DNA of 64,000 nucleotides from Nitrospirota bacterium (GTDB lineage Bacteria; Nitrospirota; UBA9217), in contig CAVTRN010000002.1 in assembly GCA_963737155.1 (NCBI GenBank), forward strand, positions 2,176,001 to 2,240,000, written 5' to 3'. Under the pieces are notes generated by a model. It had not been told where the DNA came from. It saw only the letters and a list, made by a program, of their open reading frames with translations, and did not search any database. Position numbers and translations under genes: made by a program. Positions within the stretch are counted from its first letter, which is position 1. Each line of letters opens with the position of its first letter. Positions 10,712-18,765 of the stretch are shown here, one piece after another.

Positions 10712-10804
10712 CGTTAACCGGCAGCAGCACTGTTCGGCTGCCGTCATAGTTATGAGAAATAAAATACTATGTTTTTAGGAACGGTTAAAACGGCAGTACT
10801 AGCA
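10600..10804 (+). ncRNA. Predicted omegaRNA (right-end RNA) scaffold plus flank-derived guide; 5' boundary approximate
   Basis: Stacked hairpins tcaggg/ccctga (10693-10711), cggcagc/gctgccg (10719-10743) and catagt/actatg (10745-10771) precede the inferred right end; this is the position where TnpB elements encode their RNA. Confidence 0.45.
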
Positions 10805-11016
10805 ATCGTCTTGGCATCGAAAGTGAGATTGTCAATCGTGGATGCTGTTGATCCATTACAGTAGTTGAACATTAGCTTAATCTTCTCCGTTTAATCAAGT
10901 GGGAGCTTTCTGCCTATGCATCGGTAACTTCTCCTTAGCAGAGAGAGAGCTATATATATAATCCAAGCTGTCGGTCAAAAAGACATGTCTCTCTTCCCGC
11001 TCCGTCGTTTTTTCCT

Positions 11017-11430
11017 CTAATGCGGTTGCTCGATCTTCGTAAGCAGCGTCATCAGCATATTATAAATGAAAAGCAAAATCGTCACGGCCTGGACCGCCCC
11101 CGATACGACAGTTATCATCCAGAAGGTGTCATTCGGGTTATAGACGTTCAATGTGTAAAAAACCAGCATTGAAATAAGAGATAAGTTTGCGAGATAAAAT
11201 TGGGTCTCGGCAATCCTGTTGCTGTAAAGAGGCCTGCCCATGAACCGGGGCAGGATGTGATATCCTACACCGAAGATCATCATCGATACCCATCCCAACA
11301 TGTTTAGATGAGAGTGTACGAACTTCAATGTCGAGATATTCTGGTTTTCGAGCATTATGACGCCTAGCAGGCATGCAATACCAAGATACACAACACTCAT
11401 CACAATAAACCCTTTTACGAATTTATCCAC
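11017..11430 (-). CDS. Small four-TM membrane protein resembling heme-copper oxidase subunit I-like / NnrS-related repeats
   Basis: HSHLNMLGWVSMMIFGVGYHILPRF motif; GTG start with an aggagg RBS. Confidence 0.6.
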   Translation of the reverse strand: MDKFVKGFIVMSVVYLGIACLLGVIMLENQNISTLKFVHSHLNMLGWVSMMIFGVGYHILPRFMGRPLYSNRIAETQFYLANLSLISMLVFYTLNVYNPNDTFWMITVVSGAVQAVTILLFIYNMLMTLLTKIEQPH

Positions 11431-11621
11431 TCGTTTATCCTCCTTTTCGTACCAAATTCGGCATTTTAAAATAGACTTAGTCTTTATTAAACAATATGTT
11501 ATTGAAATATATTAACTACATGATATTCTTAATTCTACCCAACGGGTTATTTAAAATTTAAGCATCTTATTGATTACCATCGCGTCAACTTCCGTTTTCA
11601 GGTTAGATTGACGTTGACCGC

Positions 11622-11664
11622 AGTGTAGCACTCAATCCTCTGAAGAGTTATGATATGGCTCATA
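11622..11664 (-). promoter_or_regulatory. Crp/Fnr-type site TATGA-N6-TCATA (11649-11664) with extended -10 TGcTACACT
   Basis: Palindrome centre lies 29.5 bp from the start of the -10 hexamer, the same geometry as the 13959 site (class II promoter). Confidence 0.7.
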
Positions 11665-12027
11665 GTTTATCATTGATTAAGAATAAACATATTTTCTAAT
11701 GTGTACCTCGCTCGCTATTAACAGCGGCGATAAGCCGCCCTATTTTCATGAGTATTTTCATGGGATGCAACAGCCGGTTCAAATTAAAACGGCCAAAAGG
11801 TGTCAGGTAACGAATGGACTTCGTAACAAGCTTTTGGCGATTTAAATAAGCATTTGAGGCAAAGTCACCGTGATAGACAACCTTATACTGAAATTAAATA
11901 AACTCGTTACGAAAGGGCTAGAACAAAATGCAAAGGTCACTCGATTTTTCAGAGAGACACCTTCAATTAATGTGAGAATCAATATTCTTTGAACGATGTC
12001 TTCCAAAAGGAGAACTGTCCAACCAGA

Positions 12028-13434
12028 CTATAATTCAAGTCTCAGCCATTCATTAAACGATTTAAGCGCGCTTTCGCTAAGGGCAATGCTGTGTTTTTTA
12101 AATTTAATCAACCTAGTGTCAAATTGAATTTTTATGTCTCCATTCATTAGATACTCAATGCTATTATTAAATTGATGTCCCGCAATAGCCCGTCGATCAT
12201 ACTCAAAATAGTTATCCAGTTTATCATGCAAACAGCATGCTTTATAGGGCAACAACCAAACTGTATACATCCCTCCGTGCCTAATACCTGCGTATAATGA
12301 TTGTAATAAAGAGGTTGGAATAGTAATTTTGAACCGTCCAGCATCTGGTTTTGCCTGACTTCGAGTAATTTTTTGCAACCTCGTCAATGCATCGTCTTTG
12401 GCTGCTTTGTTCATTCCTCTTGGCTGAAATCCGAATCGCCAAAAACTATATATCTGTAACAAACCCCAAATGCACTGGAACAGTCCCAGTATATCGAATA
12501 TGTTGAAACCCTTTTCAGTGAGCTTGTAGCCGTAAAGTCGAACAGCGTTGGCTAGTGCATTATCAAAGTTTAAGTTCCACAGGCCCGCTGCGATTAGTGC
12601 AATTCCATTCAGGTAACCAACCAGTGTGCTTTTCTTAGCTTGCCCAATAACACCGAAAGCAAGCATGCCCATTGCAATTATACAGCCACCATAAATAATA
12701 AAGGTGAAGGTATCTCCAGAGAAAGTATCAATTTTCGAGAGCAGTTCGACTATTTTTACGTGTTGCACAAACCACATCACTAAATCGAATGATCCCCACA
12801 CAAGTAGCGACTCGCTTGCAGTCGGAATCAATCTGTCTCGCACAATGGTGTTGATAATGCGTTTGTCAGGTAGTTCTCTAGCGTTTTGAATATAATCTGA
12901 GCTAATTAAACGGTCAAGAAAGTAGCTAACAATCGCATTACGTTTCTTTTTCCTCGCAATTATGACCAAGATTAGTGTAGCATAGAAAGCTATAATCACA
13001 ATGAGAAAATAGCACAGTTTTAGCGAGATGCTGTGCTTAAAGGAGATTCCCCTTCCTACTATGAATAAGATCAATACTCCAATAATAAATAAGACCACCA
13101 GAGGTATCCGCATAACTTCGGGATCAGGCTGGAAAATGTGGCTGGTAACAATAGCTCCGTGTCGTCGCAACAACTTAACCACGGCTTTATGGCCCTTTAA
13201 CGCAGCCCACTGCAAAGGCGTCCTACCGTCATTGTCCTTCGCATTGACATCGCCATTATTGGCCAGTAGCAATTCTGCCACGGCCTTGTGACCGTTACCC
13301 GCCGCATAGTGCAAAGGCGTTTCGCCAAGATTGTCTTTGCTGTTCACTTGATCACGATTGACTTGAAGTAGCTCCTTGACTCTTTTCAAATCGCCATTCC
13401 GGGCAGATACATGTAAAGAGTGCATATTATTCAC
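12028..13434 (-). CDS. Ankyrin-repeat plus multi-TM membrane protein
   Basis: About three ankyrin repeats (GETPLHYAA, GRTPLQWAA) followed by about six hydrophobic segments. The likely start is GTG 13434 or ATG 13425 after a ggagg RBS (ORF-track start is 13545). Confidence 0.75.
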   Translation of the reverse strand: MNNMHSLHVSARNGDLKRVKELLQVNRDQVNSKDNLGETPLHYAAGNGHKAVAELLLANNGDVNAKDNDGRTPLQWAALKGHKAVVKLLRRHGAIVTSHIFQPDPEVMRIPLVVLFIIGVLILFIVGRGISFKHSISLKLCYFLIVIIAFYATLILVIIARKKKRNAIVSYFLDRLISSDYIQNARELPDKRIINTIVRDRLIPTASESLLVWGSFDLVMWFVQHVKIVELLSKIDTFSGDTFTFIIYGGCIIAMGMLAFGVIGQAKKSTLVGYLNGIALIAAGLWNLNFDNALANAVRLYGYKLTEKGFNIFDILGLFQCIWGLLQIYSFWRFGFQPRGMNKAAKDDALTRLQKITRSQAKPDAGRFKITIPTSLLQSLYAGIRHGGMYTVWLLPYKACCLHDKLDNYFEYDRRAIAGHQFNNSIEYLMNGDIKIQFDTRLIKFKKHSIALSESALKSFNEWLRLEL

Positions 13435-13958
13435 GGGTCCTCCGAATGACTGTCTGCTAAAAGCATGCCTTGTTTTCCGTACATTGTCAGAGCCCGGCAT
13501 CAGGAACACGAGGCCTGAAAATATATTGTGATAATAGATACCCACGGCTTATGCCCATGGCGCGTTTGCTTCGCTTTTAATAAAACAGACTTTAGGCTTC
13601 ATCAACTATCATGTCAAATGGAAGTTGAAAAATTTTTCGTGGATAGATTTACCGGAATCAGCACCTTTAGCCCACACCCGTCTTGCGGGACGCAGGAAAG
13701 TTTTAGTAAAATTCTTAATATAATCAGGATATTATAAGGGCGTATATTTAGCGGACCGTTTTCTCGACTGGCCGAAGTCTGTACAGGGAAATAGAGTAGC
13801 CGTTTCCCTATGCGTCAGTAGACGCTTTAAATACGTTCGTTTAACGTCACAGGTCATTTCCCGTCTATTCCTTGGGAATCAAGTTATTGTTTGTTTGTGA
13901 AGCAGGAAGATGTCACATTTCTCTCACGAGATGGCTCGTCGTGTTTCATAAGACAAAA

Positions 13959-14001
13959 TATGATACAGGTCATAACATATCTTTTCGCTTTCTGGTAAAG
14001 T
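13959..14001 (+). promoter_or_regulatory. Crp/Fnr-type site TATGA-N6-TCATA (13959-13974) with extended -10 TGgTAAAGT
   Basis: Same palindrome and spacing as the 11649 site; lies directly upstream of the DUF1858 gene. Confidence 0.72.
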
Positions 14002-14030
14002 ATAAACAAGAAACAACCTAGGAGGCCACC

Positions 14031-14243
14031 ATGATTGCTGAAACAAAGAAAGTAACAAAAGATTCCATTATCGGTGATGTTATAAAAATGAGCTCCAGCG
14101 CTAAGGCGGTTATCCAAAAACATTTCGGGAACGGCTGTTTCACCTGCCCTGGAATTAACATGGAGTCCATTTCATTCGGCTCGATGATGCACAATATGGA
14201 CCCGAACAAAATTGTTGAAGAGATCAACGCTCTGGAGGAATAA
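14031..14243 (+). CDS. DUF1858 / hybrid-cluster-protein-associated redox disulfide domain protein
   Basis: VTKDSIIGDVI...GCFTCPG...ESI..G..MHNMD pattern; aggagg RBS. Confidence 0.8.
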   Translation: MIAETKKVTKDSIIGDVIKMSSSAKAVIQKHFGNGCFTCPGINMESISFGSMMHNMDPNKIVEEINALEE

Positions 14244-14244
14244 T

Positions 14245-14382
14245 ATGGTAATTAAGGAAATAAAATGTTTTGTATGCAATAATAACGAGGCATCCCGAGT
14301 TTATCTGCCCTGTTACCATGAAGGCAAGGAAAAAATGGTTTGCACCCAATGCCTGCCTATTCTGATTCATGGAGCGCATTAA
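14245..14382 (+). CDS. 45-aa Cys/His-rich microprotein (not in the ORF track)
   Basis: MVIKEIKCFVCNNNEASRVYLPCYHEGKEKMVCTQCLPILIHGAH; ggagg RBS inside the upstream gene end; starts 1 bp after the DUF1858 stop. Confidence 0.75.
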   Translation: MVIKEIKCFVCNNNEASRVYLPCYHEGKEKMVCTQCLPILIHGAH

Positions 14383-14397
14383 CCACTCTATCCTAGC

Positions 14398-14438
14398 GCC
14401 CGGCGGAACTGTGAAGGTTGTCCGTCGGGCTATTCTTT
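14398..14438 (+). terminator. Probable intrinsic terminator
   Basis: gcccggcgga...tccgtcgggc stem followed by tattcttt. Confidence 0.5.
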
Positions 14439-14503
14439 CCCGCCCAAAATTCAATCGGGAAAAAGCAGTAGAATTTCTTCTCTCATGCTGGTAAACTGCC
14501 ACT

Positions 14504-15187
14504 ATGAAGAAAGAACTCGCGATTGTACTTGTCAGTGGTGGGATGGATAGCTGTGTCTGCGCGGCCTTGGCGGGCGTGGATTACCGGCTGGCCTTTCTCC
14601 ACGTGAACTACGGCCAAAGGACCGAAGTGCGGGAGTTGCAGGCATTTAATGATATTGCGGATTTTTTAAAAACCGAGAAGCGCCTCATCGTTAGTATAGA
14701 GCACTTTAAAGTTATCGGAGGCTCCGCCCTAACCGATACGAGAATTCCCATCCCTGAACTTGGAACTCCTAACCCCGAAATCCAGACTGCTTCCGTTCCC
14801 CCAACCTACGTCCCCTTCCGGAATGCTCACTTGCTCGCCATAGCCGTATCCTGGGCAGAGGTCATCGGAGCAACAAAGATATTCATCGGTGCGGTAGAAG
14901 AAGACAGCTCGGGTTATCCTGACTGCCGGGAATCGTTTTATCAGGCCTTCAATAAGGTCATAGAAATAGGTACTAAGCCGCAAACACGGATACAGATCGT
15001 AACCCCGCTGATTCATCTGAAGAAGTCGAAAATCGTCAGGGAAGGCGCTAGGCTCGGCGCTCCGCTCAACCTGACCTGGAGTTGCTATCAAAACAGCGAA
15101 CGAGCCTGCGGCAGATGTGAAAGCTGTGCACTGCGGCTAAAAGGATTCAGGGAGGCCGGTCTGGAAGATCCAATTCTGTACGAATAA
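14504..15187 (+). CDS. queC: 7-cyano-7-deazaguanine synthase
   Basis: SGGMDS, TYVPFRN, GYPDCR, TWSCY...CGRCESC. Confidence 0.95.
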   Translation: MKKELAIVLVSGGMDSCVCAALAGVDYRLAFLHVNYGQRTEVRELQAFNDIADFLKTEKRLIVSIEHFKVIGGSALTDTRIPIPELGTPNPEIQTASVPPTYVPFRNAHLLAIAVSWAEVIGATKIFIGAVEEDSSGYPDCRESFYQAFNKVIEIGTKPQTRIQIVTPLIHLKKSKIVREGARLGAPLNLTWSCYQNSERACGRCESCALRLKGFREAGLEDPILYE

Positions 15188-15660
15188 CATAGAATTTACA
15201 ATAATTGCACATTACACTTTCCGGCACATATAATTAGAATCTAATCGTGCAAAACATGTTCAATGTGCACGACACAATCACTTATGTACCTGCCTCTAAC
15301 AAACGATTATATTCAGCGGGATTTCAAGTAGGGGGATGTATCCAGATTTAGCCGTATTGCATCAACGAGTATGGAAAGCTAGCCAGCCGGATAAAGGTAG
15401 AGGATTGATTTGATGGTTTAAGTTTTACGTCGATGGGCTGCCGTCGTGTTGCAATAAAATGCTATGGCTTTTTGAGCAGCAGTCAGTGGTTGTGCGGATA
15501 AGTTGTTTACAGCAAGTCCCAGAAAAGGAAATATATAAAACATTAAAATATCGGTATAAAAATATTTAACATGTCTTGTCAATCGTTTTCTGATATAGTT
15601 TCTTATATTTTTGCCTGTACCCCGCCGAATGACGGGAACATTGAAAGGAGCACTTCTCTT

Positions 15661-16263
15661 ATGGCGGACCAGACCGTAAAAGACTTGAAAAAAGATATAT
15701 ATTTGGTGATACACAAGGCGCAGGAAATGCTTGAACTGACTGAGGAAGGGTTCATGAAAAATAAAGTGAGCTCCCTTGATGAAGCGGATGATCTCGCCGA
15801 TGAAATTCACACAAAAGAGGATGCGCTAACGACCACGCTCGCAAAAATGGCCGCGACCAGCAACGAGGCCCGCTCAATACTGTCTGTTCCAGCCCATGTC
15901 GAAAAGATCGCCACGAGTATCAAACGCATAAACGAAAACAGCCGAAGCAGAATCAAGGAAGGACTTCTGTTTAGTGATAAAGCAATCCTCGAAACAGGTA
16001 AGCTGTTCGCCAAGAGTAAAGATATCCTCAAAAAAGCTGGCGAGGCTACTGTGACAAGTTCCTCCGCGACTTTCAACACCGTTTTGGCTGACAGCGATGC
16101 GCTCGAAAAAATGGCGAATGATTATGCGACCGCCCACGAAGAAAGGCTTGTCACCGGAGAATGCTCCCCCAAGTCGTCATCAACCTATTTGTGCATCCTA
16201 TATGCTTTTGAAGATATGGGTTCACATATTAAGAATACGATCAAAAAACTTTCCGAAAAATAA
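15661..16263 (+). CDS. PhoU-domain protein (stand-alone, Na/Pi-cotransporter C-terminal-like)
   Basis: LLFSDKA, HEERL..G.C.PKSS motifs; aaaggag RBS before ATG 15661. Confidence 0.7.
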   Translation: MADQTVKDLKKDIYLVIHKAQEMLELTEEGFMKNKVSSLDEADDLADEIHTKEDALTTTLAKMAATSNEARSILSVPAHVEKIATSIKRINENSRSRIKEGLLFSDKAILETGKLFAKSKDILKKAGEATVTSSSATFNTVLADSDALEKMANDYATAHEERLVTGECSPKSSSTYLCILYAFEDMGSHIKNTIKKLSEK

Positions 16264-16412
16264 CTTATCTGCATTCCTTTTTCGCTACGTTCCCAGCCCT
16301 TCGACAGCATCTGTATTTGCTAATCCTGTCGAAGGCAACATTTCCCATCATCGCGTTTTATGTATTCACTAATCACCTCAAAATTTCCACCTTCTTAAAA
16401 GGAGGTGCAGTT

Positions 16413-17192
16413 GTGCTGGCATCCAAAAAACCCTTAATAGGCGTTGCGCTTTCAGGCGGTGCCGCCCGCGGGATTGCCCATGTTGCCGTCCTTGATACGC
16501 TCGAACGAGAAGGAATCCCCATTCATGCGATTGCAGGCACTAGCGCGGGAAGCATGGTGGGAGCCCTCTATGCCTCCGGCATCCCCACCATGGAAATCCG
16601 GCGGATTCTTCTCAACGCGAAATGGAAAAATATCCTGAAATTTGCAGTCCCGAAACTAGGCCTTGTGTCCAGTGAAGGGATCTTCGAGTTCATGGACTCG
16701 CTCCTTAAGGGGAAAAAGTTTTCTGAGCTCCAATTGCCTTTTGCAGCTGTTGCGACTGATCTGCGGAGTGGTGAAAAAGTTACCATTACTTCGGGGTCTG
16801 TTGCTCGTGCTGTTCAGGCTAGCTGCAGCCTCCCGATCATCTTCACACCGACGGAAATCAACAAACGTGCGCTCATTGACGGTGGTGTTTCCAGCCAGTT
16901 ACCGGTCAGATCTATGCGGGAGGAATTGGGGGCTAAAATAGTCGTTGCTGTTGACGTGAATTATCGTGCCCTTGAATCTGACGAGTTCGACAATATCGTG
17001 AAGATTGCCACACACCTATCAGCGCTCTGGGCATCGCGAAACGCTCGAGAGGAGAAAAAGCTTGCTGATGTGGTGATTCAAGTAAGTGCGCGGGGGATCG
17101 GTTTGCTCGAGCTTTCGAAATCAAAAGAACTCCTTCAACGGGGGAAAAAAGCGACTGAGGATAAATTATCGGAGATAAGGGCCTTACTATGA
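16413..17192 (+). CDS. Patatin-like phospholipase
   Basis: LSGGAARG, GTSAG, DGG motifs; GTG start after aaggagg. Confidence 0.9.
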   Translation: MLASKKPLIGVALSGGAARGIAHVAVLDTLEREGIPIHAIAGTSAGSMVGALYASGIPTMEIRRILLNAKWKNILKFAVPKLGLVSSEGIFEFMDSLLKGKKFSELQLPFAAVATDLRSGEKVTITSGSVARAVQASCSLPIIFTPTEINKRALIDGGVSSQLPVRSMREELGAKIVVAVDVNYRALESDEFDNIVKIATHLSALWASRNAREEKKLADVVIQVSARGIGLLELSKSKELLQRGKKATEDKLSEIRALL

Positions 17193-17246
17193 CTGAATAC
17201 ACATTTAGTCGATCACTTTTTGGTAACTTTTCTGAGTAGTATAACA

Positions 17247-17284
17247 AACCTCAGCCGGCAGTTCAGTCCGCACAAGCTGAGGTT
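17247..17284. terminator. Hairpin between convergent genes
   Basis: aacctcagc ... gctgaggtt, 9-bp perfect inverted repeat. Confidence 0.4.
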
Positions 17285-17314
17285 CGGTTATCAATCGAGA
17301 GGCGCCCCAACTTA

Positions 17315-18607
17315 TTAATGTTTAAACACACGCTGACCTGTGAAGACCATAGTCACCTTTGGGCTCGCCTCGTTACAGGCTTGAATTGACTCGAAATCGC
17401 GGTCAGAACCGCCTGGCTGCACGATAGCTGATATCCCCTCTTTGAGACCTACATCAACACCGTCACGGAATGGGAAAAATGCATCAGAGACCATGACGGA
17501 CCCGATAAGACCTCCCTTGTCCTTCTTAGTCTGCGCATCAATTTCCCTGAGAGAGCCTTTCTCCCTCTTTCCTGTGCCCTCTTCCTGTTCGAGCTGCTTG
17601 TAAGGTATGCCGTATTTCTTAAAGCAGAGAGCATCGGCGTATTTTGTATAAGCCTTAAAAATCGCGATTTCAGCAACGCCGACCCTGTCCTGTTCTCCCG
17701 TACCAATGCCGACGGTTGCGCCGTCTTTCACATAAATTACAGAATTGGATGTGATCCCCTGTTCCACATTCCAGCCGAACAGCATATCGTCGTATTCCCG
17801 ATCCGTCGGTTTTCTCTCTATTCTATATTCCCGTCCCTTGTATATCGTCATGGCTTCCTGGAAATCTTCTTTTTTGCGAATCTTATTTGTTTGTGACTGC
17901 TGCACAATGATGCCGCCATCTATGAGTGCTTTGAACTCTACAAAGCTCATGTCACGGTATTTAGCAAGCTCGTTGATATTCTCTAGTTTAATGATTCTCA
18001 AATTCTTCCGCTTTGACAGGATTTCAATAGCGCCTTCCTCATATTCAGGAGCGGCAACAACCTCCAGATAGTTTGCATTCGCCATTTCGGCTGTTTGCCT
18101 GTCAATGGGACGGTTTAAAACGAGACAACCGCCGAACGCCGCAATGCGATCGGCCATATTTGCTCGTTCATAGGCTTCCGCCGCAGTCTTGCCGTATGCA
18201 ACGCCGCAGGGGTTGTTATGTTTCATGATAGCCGCAGTGGGACGGTCCATAAGGAACTTCAAGATATTGAGTGCATTGTCAAGATCGGTGAAATTCGTTT
18301 TGCCAGGATGTTTGCCTGTCTGAATCATCTGCTCCTCGGTAATACTGCTCACGAGACCGTTGCCTGGTTCGATGAATTTTACTCCGGTTAGAGAAAGATT
18401 CCCCTTTACGAGCTGATACATAGCCGCTTGCTGATCGGGATTTTCGCCATAACGGAGTCCTTTTTCGATAAATTCTTTGCTTCCTTCCTCGGCGAGTTTC
18501 CATGCCCTCTTTTGGTATACCAGTTTCTGATCACCGAAGGATATGGTCATTTCCATCGGAAAGTTATCGGACATGATGGTTTTATACATCTTCTTAATAT
18601 CAGACAT
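17315..18607 (-). CDS. purH: PurH-like AICAR transformylase / IMP cyclohydrolase variant
   Basis: LRYGENPDQ, KHNNPCG, SDAFFPFRDG, QPGGSDRD, RVFKH; lacks the N-terminal MGS-like domain. Confidence 0.8.
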   Translation of the reverse strand: MSDIKKMYKTIMSDNFPMEMTISFGDQKLVYQKRAWKLAEEGSKEFIEKGLRYGENPDQQAAMYQLVKGNLSLTGVKFIEPGNGLVSSITEEQMIQTGKHPGKTNFTDLDNALNILKFLMDRPTAAIMKHNNPCGVAYGKTAAEAYERANMADRIAAFGGCLVLNRPIDRQTAEMANANYLEVVAAPEYEEGAIEILSKRKNLRIIKLENINELAKYRDMSFVEFKALIDGGIIVQQSQTNKIRKKEDFQEAMTIYKGREYRIERKPTDREYDDMLFGWNVEQGITSNSVIYVKDGATVGIGTGEQDRVGVAEIAIFKAYTKYADALCFKKYGIPYKQLEQEEGTGKREKGSLREIDAQTKKDKGGLIGSVMVSDAFFPFRDGVDVGLKEGISAIVQPGGSDRDFESIQACNEASPKVTMVFTGQRVFKH

Positions 18608-18765
18608 TAATTCCTCCTTAAAACGATCATCTAACGTTGAATGGTATAATATGGACTGCTGATAATTATGTATATGCTACAATTCGCTCTTTTATTTAGG
18701 CTTAGCGGGACAGCCACCAATAAGTTATAACTTGATAATTCTGTTATACATTTTCTAAGACTCTT

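Larger units (their letters stand above)
6771..10784 (+). mobile_element. IS607-family element (tnpA serine recombinase plus TnpB-related gene), interrupted by an IS1380-family element
   Basis: Overlapping tnpA/tnpB genes and an AT-rich left end with repeated TATAATATA motifs. Boundaries are inferred at GG dinucleotides 6771-6772 and 10783-10784, since IS607 elements recombine at GG. Confidence 0.8.

Noticed and set aside
10785-10800. Predicted IS607 guide shares AAACGGCAGT with the IS1380 terminal repeat, suggesting it might target the invading IS
   Set aside because: Only a 10-bp exact match, with mismatches in the seed positions and no GG TAM next to the IS end; likely coincidence.
10712-11016. 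CRISPR array next to the TnpB/Cas12-like gene
   Set aside because: No regularly spaced direct repeats here or elsewhere in the window, and no cas genes.
15544-15599. Pho-box-like 11-bp periodicity upstream of the PhoU-domain gene
   Set aside because: Only two weak half-sites in AT-rich DNA; not supportable.
18608-18765. Riboswitches upstream of purH (ZTP), and likewise ribE (FMN), queC (preQ1) and thiE (TPP)
   Set aside because: No consensus motifs recognisable by eye in any of these leaders.
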